From contig NC_069004.1 in the NCBI RefSeq assembly GCF_001194135.2, forward strand, positions 9,294,890 to 9,358,889: DNA of 64,000 nt. Reading direction: 5' to 3'. The notes under the pieces were generated by a model. That model saw only the letters and a list, made by a program, of their open reading frames with translations, made no database searches and had not been told where the DNA came from. Position 1 is the first letter of the stretch, and each line of letters opens with the position of its first letter. This DNA is from Octopus bimaculoides. Lineage: Eukaryota. Shown here piece by piece: positions 51,361-64,000 of the stretch. The position numbers and the translations under genes were made by a program.

Positions 51361-52449
51361 GAGGTAGTGGTGGATGGAGAGGAGTGATCAGGAAGATGAA
51401 GAAAGAAATGGTCAGTATGTAGAATTTGATAATGGAGAGCAATTGTCGATTCCATCTCGGAAATCAAGGACCAATTAACCGAATTAATGCAAGAATTTCA
51501 CACAGCCAACCAGTCAACCGGCGAACCAGCCAGCCAGGCAGGCAGGCAGACAGTCAACCAGATTCCTCGTGATGCAGTGTTAATGCAATTTCAAGCACGA
51601 TGCAATCACCTGATGAATGTTTTTTGCATTCAGGTAGCAACATGACAAAAATCTATATACACCACCTGCACATACATATATACATACATACACAGGCTTT
51701 ATATACACACACATCACATGCACACACACACACACACACACACCGCACATCACACCTGCAAGATCAAGTGCAACTCTACCAACCATACAACAACAACGAC
51801 CGCAGCAACAATAACTGGTATGCAACAACAATCCTAATAAAACACTACAAAACAACACAAACCAGGGAGGGGATATTTATGGGGACATTTGACCGGCTAG
51901 AAATAGCAATGAAATTACACATTACTGTATTAAAAAAATAAAGGATTTATTGGATCATGTCCTACATACACTATGTCTGAAAAGAAACGAGAAGGTTGAG
52001 GTTTTAACACTTTGATCATAGGGTTTGCGTAATTAGGACTGACTTAAAGCTATACAACAACAACAGCAACAATAGCAACTACAATTATCAGCTCGACATC
52101 ATGACCATCACTACTGAAGATATTTCACACCGATGCAGAGGTGTCAGTACTGAATAGACATATACACACACATACATATACACATATGTGTATTTATGTA
52201 CACATGTATTTTTTATTCAATGAATTCCAGATAAATCATTATCTAATTTGCACCTTTAAGATGACGAGTAATGAGTGGTGATAATTTGCAAGATGCAGAA
52301 CTGCAGCTTTGAAATTAAAAATAAATAAATGTATAATTAAATATAAAAAAAAAAAAAAATTGCTTAGAATTCCATGAGATTCATTTAATAATGTAATTTA
52401 GAATAATATTGAATGCATCTCATATGCATATACATACATACATACATAC

Positions 52450-52492
<43 letters not shown>

Positions 52493-52581
52493 TCTATCTT
52501 TATCGTTTAACTTTTACCTGTTTCAGTCATTAGGCAGCGCCCATGCTGGGGCACCACCTTATATATAGATATGTATATAAA

Positions 52582-52626
<45 letters not shown>

Positions 52627-53946
52627 TGTAAAGCTGAGTTTGTGAGTGTGTGTGTCTGTGTTTGTGCCCCATCTCTGCTTGACGACCACATTGGTGTGTT
52701 TACATCTTTGTAACTCAGCACTTTGGCAAGAAAGACTGATAGAATAAGTAGAAGGCTTTAAAAAAAAGTATCGGGGTCAATTAATTCAACTAAATTTCTT
52801 GGGGGTATGGGTCAATGCTCCAGCATGGCAGCAGTCTAATGACTGAAACAAATACACACGCACACACACACATACAATATTAGCTAATCAGAAAACAGGA
52901 TTTGGAAGCTGTCATTTTCTGCATGATAGCTGTCTATCACAAAATGAAAGCAAAATCATTACAAGGAGGAAATTTTATCAAATAAACAAAAGCAAAGCGT
53001 TATGATGACCAAAGTTGTAAGTTTTAATAAGTTTTAATGAATAAAGTCATGGGAAACAGTTGAACAGACATGTAAATAATTTAAAAGGGAAAAATTCCCC
53101 AATGAAGTTTGAATCTGTCCTGATGTAGAACCTATCTGTTGGGGAAGGCATGGTCTGACAGGGAATAAACAAAAAATTATATCAGACATTCTATTGTAAA
53201 AATTGCCTGGCAACAATGGACTATTCAGCTAGTATATNNNNNNNNNNNNNNNNNNNNNNNNNNNNNNNNNNNNNNNNNNNNNNNNNNNNNNNNNNNNNNN
53301 NNNNNNNNNNNNNNNNNNNNNNNNNNNNNNNNNNNNNNNNNNNNNNNNNNNNNNNNNNNNNNNNNNNNNNNNNNNNNNNNNNNNNNNNNNNNNNNNNNNN
53401 NNNNNNNNNNNNNNNNNNNNNNNNNNNNNNNNNNNNNNNNNNNNNNNNNNNNNNNNNNNNNNNNNNNNNNNNNNNNNNNNNNNNNNNNNNNNNNNNNNNN
53501 NNNNNNNNNNNNNNNNNNNNNNNNNNNNNNNNNNNNNNNNNNNNNNNNNNNNNNNNNNNNNNNNNNNNNNNNNNNNNNNNNNNNNNNNNNNNNNNNNNNN
53601 NNNNNNNNNNNNNNNNNNNNNNNNNNNNNNNNNNNNNNNNNNNNNNNNNNNNNNNNNNNNNNNNNNNNNNNNNNNNNNNNNNNNNNNNNNNNNNNNNNNN
53701 NNNNNNNNNNNNNNNNNNNNNNNNNNNNNNNNNNNNNNNNNNNNNNNNNNNNNNNNNNNNNNNNNNNNNNNNNNNNNNNNNNNNNNNNNNNNNNNNNNNN
53801 NNNNNNNNNNNNNNNNNNNNNNNNNNNNNNNNNNNNNNNNNNNNNNNNNNNNNNNNNNNNNNNNNNNNNNNNNNNNNNNNNNNNNNNNNATATATACATA
53901 TATATATGTGTGAGGATATCTGTCTCCCTCTTTCTCACTCGCTCTT

Positions 53947-53990
<44 letters not shown>

Positions 53991-54589
53991 TCTCACTGCC
54001 ACTTTGTGTATGTGAATGTGTTTATGTATGGGCAAATATTTATCTACATGCAGTACTTCTCAATTGATTCCTTTGGTCAATCAACTGAATTACCTACTCT
54101 CGAATTACTGCAAAAGTGGTTGAGTATTCCACAGACGTGTAACAGAATCAGCATGACACAGCATGTGGGTGTGTGCACTTTTTATCACATGTACTATCCA
54201 CTTGAGGTTTCTCTTCTGTTTCCATCCTCCCATTTTTGCCTACTGTATATGGATTGGCTTGAGGCTGTAGAAAATGACATTCACTTGAGGTGCTGTGCAG
54301 TGAGATTGAACCTTGAGCCTTGTGGTTAGAAAGTAATCTTCTTAACCATTCAATCACGCTGCATCTACAATGTGTGTGTGTGGGGGGGGGGGATATTTGT
54401 ATATATGAGTGTGCTATGCATCTGCATTAAAAATCACATGAAACCTATATATGTAAAACCAATATTACATTCATACATACATGCATATAAATATAAATAT
54501 ATGCATGCATATATATTATTATACTTATGTGAAATTACATGTATAAATATGTGTGTTTATCTGTGTCTGGAAAAATGCTTTGTAACATT

Positions 54590-54755
54590 TCATGCATCTT
54601 TGTTCTGAGATCAAATTCTACTGAGGTCAGCTTTGCCTTTCATCCTTTTGGGGTCAATAAATTAAGTATCAGTGGAACACTGGGGTCGATATAATTGACT
54701 AGTCCCCACCCTGCCGAAATTTCAGACCCTGTGCTTTTAGTAGAAAGGATTATTA
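54590..54755 (+). mobile_element. Family B SINE, partial
   Basis: GTTCTGAGATCAAATTC...CTTTGCCTTTCATCCTTTTGGGGTCAATAAATTAAGTATCAG. Confidence 0.7.
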
Positions 54756-55276
54756 ATCTGGGATTTGAAAATGTAAATCAACACAAAATTTTGGTGGAAT
54801 GTTTTAATATAGATCCCTTTAAACCATAAAGTTTTTATCGTAGAACTGAGGGAGCCATCAGGGGCAGGTTGATATCATAAGAATCAAACAACAACAACAT
54901 AATTCCTTTATTATCAATCACTGCTAGATTGTTTTATTTAGTTTTGGTCCAAGATCTCACTCGCTCACTGCAAGCCATGGAATATTCCAATCATATAACA
55001 CAACAGGGATATCAATATATCTTTATAGTTCCACATTTAAAAAGGCTAGGGCTGTTATAAACCACTCAGGTGCTGCCATTAGATGCTATTATATCTGAAG
55101 ATTTGACTCCATCTCGGTTAAATGCAGGAGATTTGAGGCAGCTTCAATAAATATCTCTGTTAGAATTTTATGGAACTGCTTTCAAATTGGTGAGTGCATG
55201 GAGTGCAGAATTTCTTTGTGCATGCATGCATGTGTGGGTGTAGGTGTGCATATATACATACATACACACTCACTGC

Positions 55277-55307
<31 letters not shown>

Positions 55308-56014
55308 CACATATATGTATNNNNNNNNNNNNNNNNNNNNNNNNNNNNNNNNNNNNNNNNNNNNNNNNNNNNNNNNNNNNNNNNNNNNNNNNNNNNNNNN
55401 NNNNNNNNNNNNNNNNNNNNNNNNNNNNNNNNNNNNNNNNNNNNNNNNNNNNNNNNNNNNNNNNNNNNNNNNNNNNNNNNNNNNNNNNNNNNNNNNNNNN
55501 NNNNNNNNNNNNNNNNNNNNNNNNNNNNNNNNNNNNNNNNNNNNNNNNNNNNNNNNNNNNNNNNNNNNNNNNNNNNNNNNNNNNNNNNNNNNNNNNNNNN
55601 NNNNNNNNNNNNNNNNNNNNNNNNNNNNNNNNNNNNNNNNNNNNNNNNNNNNNNNNNNNNNNNNNNNNNNNNNNNNNNNNNNNNNNNNNNNNNNNNNNNN
55701 NNNNNNNNNNNNNNNNNNNNNNNNNNNNNNNNNNNNNNNNNNNNTATATATATATATATTCATATCATGTATATATATATATTCATATTATTTATATATA
55801 TATATATACACACATACGTATGTATATATATTTATATATATACATATATATATATACATATATGAATATATATGTGTATGTCTGTGTGTATACACACAGA
55901 CACATATATATATGACCAATCATATACCATTGCACATACACACACAGTTCATGTATATTGATTTATGTGTAGGCATATAATGTATGAATAAATGCATAAA
56001 TGTATATTTATGTA

Positions 56015-56070
<56 letters not shown>

Positions 56071-56958
56071 AGTGTGTGTTGTATGTGTATGTACATGTTG
56101 CATATATGTATTCTTACACAAAACTTTATGTACATTTTTGCGTGTATATATGTGTATGTGCACATGTATGTGTGCATGTTACATATATGAATACTTATAT
56201 AAATTTTTATGTACATTTTATGTCTTTGTGTGTGTGTGTGTGTGTGTATGTTTGTGTGCATACACTCATACTCATACAGAGAGAGAGAGAGAGAGAGCGA
56301 TACATTGTTGTAAGTGTGCATGCGTGTGTGCATAGGTGCGTATGTGTGCACGTAAGTGATATAACTGCAGCCATTCTTCTTTTAGTTCTGAAACTCTCAA
56401 AAACTGAAATCAAAGCCAAAATAAAAGCAGTTTGCACTCATATTCCTTAGGAAAGACTCTTTCAAAGGAAATTAATTCTTGTCGGTGTTGTTGCTTTTGC
56501 CAGTGTTGTTGTTGTTGTTGTTGTTGGCTGTGACGGTACCATCATCATCATCACAACATCTTTATCGTCATTATCTTGACTATCAACATCATTATCCCCA
56601 CCATCATTCCCATCACCACCTCTGCCTTCATCCACCTTCATCATCATTACTCAGTAGTCTCTCATTGCACACCTTCACTGCAATTTCAGGTGCAATTCTG
56701 TGCAACTTGGATATGTGCAGTTTTTCATTTCGTTTGGTTGTTTCTGTTGTATTGTATAATAATATATTATGGTATGTAAAATACTCTATGCATTATATAT
56801 GCAGTGCTTAAGTGCTTTTATTTATATTTGTACATCTTGGGATTAGGTTAGGCATTTGTATGTTTTTTTTGTGTTTATTTTTATCATTCCAAAGCACACA
56901 CACACACACACACACACGCACGTTGATTTATTTTATTTTATTTTCTGTTGATTTCCAG

Positions 56959-57069
56959 GATTGTTTTCCTGCTCGGTTCGGAGGGATCCACTTTATCAAT
57001 CAGCCCTGGTACATCGAAGCCATCTTCAAGATGATCAAACCTTTTCTTAAAGAAAAAAACAGAGACAAA
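56959..57069 (+). CDS. CLVS1/2-like: Clavesin-like protein, third coding exon ([37 protein letters not shown])
   Basis: TTTCCAG acceptor ending 56958. 111 nt, phase 0/0. Donor AAA|GTAAGC at 57070. FPARFGGxHFxNQPWY is the conserved clavesin/CRAL-TRIO motif. No downstream exon found in the window. Confidence 0.96.
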
Positions 57070-57134
57070 GTAAGCACCATCATTCTCTCTCTCTCTCTCC
57101 CTGTCTATCTCTCTTTCTTTATCTATCTATCTAT

Positions 57135-57503
57135 CTCTTTTACTTGTTTCAGTCATTTGACTGCGGCCATGCTGGAGCACCGCCTTTAGTCGAGCAAATT
57201 GACCCCAAGACTTATTCTTTGTAAGCCTAGTACTTATTCTATTGGTGTCTTTTTGCTGAACCGCTAAGTTATGGGGACGTAAACACACCAGCATCGGTTG
57301 TCAAGCGATGTTGGGGACACACACACACATATATATATATACGACGGGCTTCTTTCAGTTTCCATCTACCAAATCCACTCACAAGGTTTTGGTCGGCCCA
57401 AGGCTATAGTAGAAGACTCTTGCCCAAGGTGCCACGCAGTGGGACTGAACCCGGAACCATGTGGTTCGTAAGCAAGCTACTTACCACACAGCCACTCCTA
57501 CGC
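57135..57503 (-). mobile_element. Full-length CORE-type tRNA-derived SINE (family A), antisense, ~65 bp downstream of the third coding exon donor
   Basis: Minus strand shows head GGCTGTGTGGTAAGTAGCTTGC, CORE-like ACCTTGGGCAAGAG, an internal (TA)n, and tail GCATGGCCGCAGTCAAATGACTGAAACAAGTAAAAGAG. Flanking CTATCTATCTAT at 57123-57134 and 57504-57515 is a probable TSD within a simple repeat. Confidence 0.85.
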
Positions 57504-58004
57504 CTATCTATCTATTTTTTTTTCTTTCTGTCTATCTAGCCATCTATCTGTCTGTCTTTCTTTCTTATCCGTTTGTTTGTTCAGCTATCTGTTTATCAAT
57601 CCTACCTGCGTCTTGTACTGTATGTGTGTCTATGTACAGGTAGATGTGTGTGTGTGTGTATAAATACATATATGTGTGTATACACATATGCATATATAAA
57701 AATGTTTGTATGTTTTTAATATTCATTTATGTATTTATTCATTCGGTTTCATATCAAGAGGACAAGGCTGTCCATGGCCATTGCCAGCACAGATCCAATG
57801 TAGCTAATGTTTTCTCTTGAACATTTGCAAGTTGACAGTTGCTAGAAATGCTCATGCAGGAAGGGAATCTGAAAAGGAACCAATATTCCTGGGAGAGGAG
57901 AAAGCAAAGAGGGGGGGGGGGGGGGGAGGTAGTGAAGGGTTAGGTGTAATAAATAAAACAGGACTTATAGGGGGATGGGGAGTAGGGGTTATAGTGGTAG
58001 TAGT

Positions 58005-58173
58005 GGTGTAAAGGTTATAGTAGTGGTGGTGATGGCGGTGGTAAAGGTTATAGTAGTGGTGGTAGAAGTTATAGCAGTAGTAATTGTGGTTGTGTAGTAG
58101 TCGAGGTAATAGTGGTGGTGGTGGTGGAGTAGAGGTTATAGCAGTAGTAATAGTGGTGGTGGTAGTAGAGGTT

Positions 58174-58205
<32 letters not shown>

Positions 58206-58378
58206 TGTGTAGTAATAGAGGTTATGGTGGTAGTAGTAGGTGGCTGTGTGGTAATAGAGGTTATGGTGGTAGTGGTAGTGGTGGTAGTAGTAGTAATAGT
58301 GGTGGTAGTTGTGTGGTAATAGAGGTTATGGTGGTAGTGGTGGTGGTGGTTATAGTAGTGACAATGGTGGTAGTGATG

Positions 58379-58414
<36 letters not shown>

Positions 58415-58415
58415 A
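58005..58415. repeat. Degenerate (GTA/GTG)n tract punctuated by AGAGGTTAT units
   Basis: Recurring AGAGGTTAT(A/G)G interleaved with GTAGTG trimers. Confidence 0.8.
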
Positions 58416-58918
58416 AAGGTAGGAAAAGGAGACGATATAACTATGGACCAGAGGTCAGTCTAACTATGGCATGAATAGAACAGTGATACAGTTCTATGTA
58501 GATACTGTATAACAGTGATGAATCTTTTGTTTTCTTTCTTTTTCTTTTCTTTTATTAGGTCTGTTAATTAAGTTCTATAAAGGAAAGGTTTATTAATCTG
58601 ATCTTTGTAAATATGGCTCCTGTATAAGATATGATTATAGTCTTCTGTCTATGTTGACAGGGTGTAACAAGTTTGTTCTATGCAAATATGGTGTGATAGC
58701 CTGTCTTTGTAGATACAGGGTGGTGATCACTTCTATATAGATATTATAATGTGATGGTATGTTCTGTGCAAATTATGGTCTCTCTTATGTGTGTGTCTTT
58801 GCGTATTAAATATTTTCCATTCGTTTTTTGTTTAAGTCTAAGACCCTTGGCTGCTGGGGATAAGGTTGGACAACTGTCATGCTGATGATGGCTACTAAAT
58901 CAGAAACATGTGTCCAGG

Positions 58919-59149
58919 GGCGGCGAGCTGGCAGAAATGTTAGCACACCGGGCGAAATGTTTAGCGGTATTTCGTCTGCCGCTACATTCTGAGTTCAAAT
59001 TTTGCCGAGGTCGACTTTGCCTTTCATCCTTTCGGGGTCGATAAATTAAGTGCCAGTGACTCACTGGGGTCGATATAATCGACTTAATCCGTGTGTCTGT
59101 CTTTGTTTGTCTCCTCTGTGTGTAGCCCCTTGTGGGCAGTAAAGAAATA
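58919..59149 (+). mobile_element. Full-length family B tRNA-derived SINE with a perfect 17-18 bp TSD
   Basis: Head GGCGGCGAGCTGGCAG, B-box-like GAGTTCAAATT, central CGACTTTGCCTTTCATCCTTTCGGGGTCGATAAA (a conserved SINE-domain-type segment, possibly the Meta domain, unverified), tail AAAGAAATAAGAAA. TSD AGAAACATGTGTCCAGG(G) at 58902-58919 and 59150-59167. Confidence 0.9.
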
Positions 59150-59267
59150 AGAAACATGTGTCCAGGGCTGTCCTCTTATCTCCAGACATTAAGCCTGTCC
59201 TTTTCCTTAATGGCATGCCATCTGTGGAGAATTCTTGATAGATGGATTGGGTGAATGGATAAATGTC

Positions 59268-59520
59268 ATCATCATCATTTAACATCCATTGTCCATGTAT
59301 CACATCTGAATCACTATATACCATTGTCCATGTTGGTATGGGTTGGACAGTTTGACAAGGGCTGGAAGGCTGCACCAGACTCCAGTCTGATTTAGCATGG
59401 TTTCTATAACTGGATGCCCTTCCTAACGCCAACCACTCTGAGACTGTAATCGATGCTTTTACATGCCACCTGTATGGGTGCCATTTGCGTGACACCAGTA
59501 TTTGCCATGACTATGATTTC
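59268..59520 (-). mobile_element. RTE-type LINE 3' UTR or LINE-tail-derived repeat ending in (GAT)n
   Basis: Reverse of GGAAGGGCATCCAG...CCAACCCAxxCCAACATGGA...TTAAATGATGATGATGA. Related copies at about 3840-3960, 10930-11200, 12915-12990, 26875-27130, 33505-33630, 39890-39990, 45290-45450 and 62880-63000. The RTE assignment is from recall. Confidence 0.6.
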
Positions 59521-60369
59521 ACTTAGCTTGATGGGTCTTCTTCTCAGGCATGGCATATTTCCAAAGGTCTCGGTCACTTGTCATTGCCTCCGTGAGGCCC
59601 AATGCTCGAAAGCACCTTTCGACATAGGTGCCAGTAACATGACACTGGCATCGACCTGACACTGGCATATTTGAAGATAAGTTGGGAAGTCACCAAAATC
59701 TGACAATGAAGTTTGAATGATAATGATTGAGCCGAGAAATTAATGAATGAATGAAGAACAATTAATTATGAAGATAGCCATTTATTTGATATAAATTATA
59801 ATGTCGTTACAATATAAAATAAATGTTGTCGCATTGTTGTGTGTACACATTGTTTGTAAATACAGTTAAATATTTTCTGTGGATCCAAGCTTCATTCTGT
59901 GTGGAAGCTAGCTTCCTCCCTGTGCTCCTAGAGGGAGAGAAAGAAAGAGAGAGAGTAAAGTGATAGTGATAGAGACAGCTAGAGATAATAAAATTTCTAC
60001 CCTCACACACATAAGGAGCAAAAGTTTGCTCCTCGGTCAGTGGCTGAATTGACCAAAAAGAAAGAGAGATGTAACATTTCACTAGGTATTGACAAGTTTG
60101 GCAATTAAAGTTGATCAACTAAAAATTATAAATTTCTCCAGAATTATTTTTCTGACCCTTCCATGACCAGAGAAAGATCAAGAGATCAACTTATCCTCCT
60201 TAATCTCTAAGTGCAGAAAAAAAGAAAACAAAAAGACCAGAAATTTGTTTGACAATTAATAGAAATATGGATTCAGTTTCAAATCTGCCTTGCTGCTGTA
60301 ACTGGTTGCTTAAGATTTATTGTTTGATTGATAGATAGAAGGTGCAGCATAAAAACCTCTCCTATTCTG

Positions 60370-60690
60370 CCACTCCATTGCTTGCGACAATGAGGGTTTC
60401 AATCAATCCTATCAATGGAACAGCCTGCTTGTGAAATCAATGTTTGAGTGGCTCAGTACTCCACAGATACATGTACCCTTAATATAGTTCTGAGGGAGAT
60501 TCAGCATGACACAGACTGTGACAAGGCTGGCCCTTTGAATTACTGGTACCACTCATTTTCGCCAGCTGAGTGAACTGGGGCAACATGAATAGAGTGTCTT
60601 ACTCAAGGACTCAACATGACGCTGGGAATTGAACTCTCGACCTTACAACCATGAATCAAATACCCTAACCACTAAGCCACATGCCTCCAC
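60370..60690 (-). mobile_element. SINE with a family D head/core and a family C 3' tail
   Basis: Colinear with 2755-3025. Confidence 0.75.
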
Positions 60691-61673
60691 ACCCCCTATT
60701 CTACATGACTATTATTGTGGCAACAGTGAGAGTAGGCAGGTGGAAACGATGTCTTCATATCTAATGTTTTGCCTTTTTGTCTTTTTTGTTATCAGTTACC
60801 ATCGTGGTTTGGATGGGTGCATATATTGTGTTTGATGCTGAAGCATTTGTCAGCTTGTAAAAAGTGGAAGATTTCAAGGTTTTTCTTTGTTGCACCTGGC
60901 AGAGAGGGGACAGAGAGAGAAAGAGTGGGGTTGAGAAAGAGGGATAGTGAGAGAAAGAGTGAAGTTGAGAAAGAGGGATAGAGAGAGAAAGAGGGATAGA
61001 GAAGAATCAAAGCCAGTACTTAACTGCTACTTTCTTCATCGAACACAAAATGGTGAACGTCAAAGATGACACAAGTTTGATTTGAAACCTAAATTGCAGA
61101 AAACCCAGAACAGTTACTCTCCAAGGCATTCTTTCTGGCACTCTTACAACATTGCCAATCCACCAGCATCCTATATGATGAGGTGGCCACTATTTAAATA
61201 CAGAGAGATGATGTGTCAGTCTTCAACTGTGATGTAATGTGTGTCTTTCTAATCAGATCATCTATGACTCTGTTGAACTTAGCAATAACTGATTCCTTTT
61301 GTTTGGTACCAAACAAAACAACAATAACAACTGTTATTTTTAGATTCCTGAAAGTGTTTTGTTGTTGTTTTTGTTGTTTGCATTATTGAGTTTTTTTTTC
61401 AGGGGTTTTTAATAGCTTCTTTCTTGTTGTTGTTGTTACTCTTTTGTAAATTTGTTCACCAACAAAACACACAATGAGCAAACATCCCATTGTGACAATA
61501 TAGATTAGTGAGTCTTGTGAAGTCAGGACATACAGAATAGCTATGTACATTGTGTGTGTGTATGTGTGTGTGTGTGTGTATGTGTGTGTGTGTGTGTAGC
61601 TAATCTATATCTATTCATCTATCTATTTAGCTAGCTACCTATCTGCCTATTTATCAATCTATATATATACATG

Positions 61674-61737
<64 letters not shown>

Positions 61738-61862
61738 NNNNNNNNNNNNNNNNNNNNNNNNNNNNNNNNNNNNNNNNNNNNNNNNNNNNNNNNNNNNNNN
61801 NNNNNNNNNNNNNNNNNNNNNNNNNNNNNNNNNNNNNNNNNNNNNNNNNNNNNNNNNNNNNN

Positions 61863-61907
<45 letters not shown>

Positions 61908-61916
61908 TATATATAT

Positions 61917-61969
<53 letters not shown>

Positions 61970-63744
61970 TATGCATATCTGTGTATCTGTCTGCCTGCCT
62001 GGCTATCTATCTGTCTATCTCTCTATATATCTGTGTGTGTGTGTGTGTGTGTGTATGCATGTGTGTGTGAGGTGTGTACATGTGTCTAATGTTTTGCTCT
62101 CTCATTATAGCACTTCTAATTGTTATTTCAAATTGCAGACAATTACAGCTTGTTCGACCAGTTCCCTCGCCCCCAACCTCACTCAAACCAACCCCAAACT
62201 TTCCCATCACTGATTATTGTTCTGCCATTCACCTCTTACTCCACCGCCACTCACCTTCCACCCCTCCACATCTCACTACCACCTACACCGCCATTATCAC
62301 TGCTCTCCAGTTCTCGCCACCTCCACTACTCTTACCCCTCCTAACGCTCACCATTCACTCCGACCTCTCACCCCACCACCATGCACTCTCACGTACCCCA
62401 CCACTCACCTCCTATGCTGTTGCCTCTACCTCCGTCACTCACCTCCTTCTACCAACACTTACCACTACCACCACCACTGCCCTTACCACCGCCATGTTGT
62501 GTATTCCAAGCTTCTCCCTCAGTGTAAGTTGATGCTGAAATTGCTGTGATCAGCTGGGAAAGATAACTGTAGTCGCTAATTTGTTCTCTGTTTACTGTCC
62601 AGTTTAATGTTTAGTGTGTGACTGTGTGTATACATATACACATTATACATATACACATGCATAGATACTTACATTAGAACAATATATACATACACAACTA
62701 CATAAATACATACATATACACATTCTACATATATTAGTACATACATATATACATACATAACTATACACATACATAAGTACATACATATACACATTATACA
62801 TACATTCAAGCATACTTAGATACATACTTTAGTACATACATATATACAACATAACTACACACATACATAAGTACATGTAAAAATTCTGCCAAAACAGTCA
62901 CAGAAGTCTGGTGCAAGCTTTGGTCTGGCCAGCTTTTGTGGTACCGTCCCACCCATGCTAGCATGGAACATGGACGTTAAATGATGATATATATGCACAT
63001 TATACATACATTCGCACATACATAACAATGACATATGCGTAAGCATACATATCAATGTACATACATCATATATACAGACATATGTAAGAACATACATGAA
63101 TGTGTTCATACATACACATAAATGCATTACACACATATACATCATGCACACATACACTTTATTGTCTCCAAACTCGTTATCATTGTTTTCTAATTTTCAT
63201 TATATTTACTTTTTGATCTTTGCTTTTTTTCTTAAACCAATTTACTATTTGATGAAAAAATTAAATAGATAGAAATAAAATTATGTTGCTGTTTTTTTTT
63301 TCGGTTTTTCTTCTCCAAGAGCAATTTGGAAATGTGTATTTTTACTCAAGGTAATTTGCTTTTAAATAAAACCTGACCAGTTATGGATTTCCAACCGATG
63401 ATGTAAATGATATTGTTCCAATGGTGACCAGATCACAGATGTGTGACTACAGTTTTTTAATTTTTCACTCTGTGACAGACAATACGATTAAGAAATAAAC
63501 TAAGGTGGACATGAATTGTCTTTCAAGAAGGAGGAACTGTCTTATATTTATGTCTTTGTAAAGTCTCTATTGGAACTTATGGCTTCTTTGTGGAACTATG
63601 GAATATGATACTGTAAAGTTAAACCAGTCACACGAAATAAAGCTTTGACTGAATGCACTAGGTGTAACATTAGCTAATTACTGCAGATATGGAAACAACT
63701 CTAGATGGAAAAATAAAGAAAAAAAAAATATTGCCATGGTGCGT

Positions 63745-64000
63745 GTGTGGCTGTGTGGTAAGAAGCTTGCCTCCCAACCACATGGTTTCAGGTTCAGTTC
63801 CACTACATGTCACCTTGGGCAAGTGTCTTTTACATTAACCTTGGGTCAACCTAAGTCTTGTGAGTGGATTTGGTAGGCGAAAACTGAAAAATGCCCATCT
63901 TGTATATATATATATATATCTATATTATATATCACTAATAATCTTTAATCTTTACTCTTTTACTTGTTTCAGTCATTTGACTGTGGCCATGCTGGAGCAC
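63745..64000. mobile_element. Family A SINE fragments (+ head 63745-63900; minus-strand tail from ~63950, cut by the window end)
   Basis: GGCTGTGTGGTAAGAAGCTTGCC... and TTACTCTTTTACTTGTTTCAGTCATTTGACTGTGGCCATGCTGGAGCAC. Confidence 0.75.

Noticed and set aside
57070-64000. Search for the next clavesin exon (expected to begin with an IxLHG-like motif)
   Set aside because: No acceptor followed by a matching frame was found. The exon is probably beyond the window or in a gap.

Overview
Eukaryotic, AT-rich draft-assembly DNA saturated with microsatellites and short retroposons, with about 8 kb of N gaps. The repeat landscape suggests an octopus or other cephalopod (inference, not verified). The only protein-coding gene I can support is a clavesin-like CRAL-TRIO/Sec14 gene on the + strand. 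It has three coding exons here (38262-38400, 40768-41198, 56959-57069), joined by GT-AG introns into an open 227-codon frame, and its 3' exons lie beyond the window or in a gap. Nearly all other ORFs in the track are microsatellite or gap artefacts. The rest of the window holds at least four tRNA-derived SINE families (several full length with 12-19 bp target-site duplications), RTE-type LINE 3' tails, two MITE-like elements and an isolated 28S rRNA fragment. The most interesting signals are minimal hammerhead-ribozyme (HHR) motifs. One lies inside a tRNA-Ser-headed SINE-like element (3168-3637, minus strand), which also carries an R4/Dong-like LINE fragment in its (TAA)n linker. A second family has two copies (about 18.2 kb and 49.8 kb) that share a variant CCGACGA core and a structure-preserving substitution.
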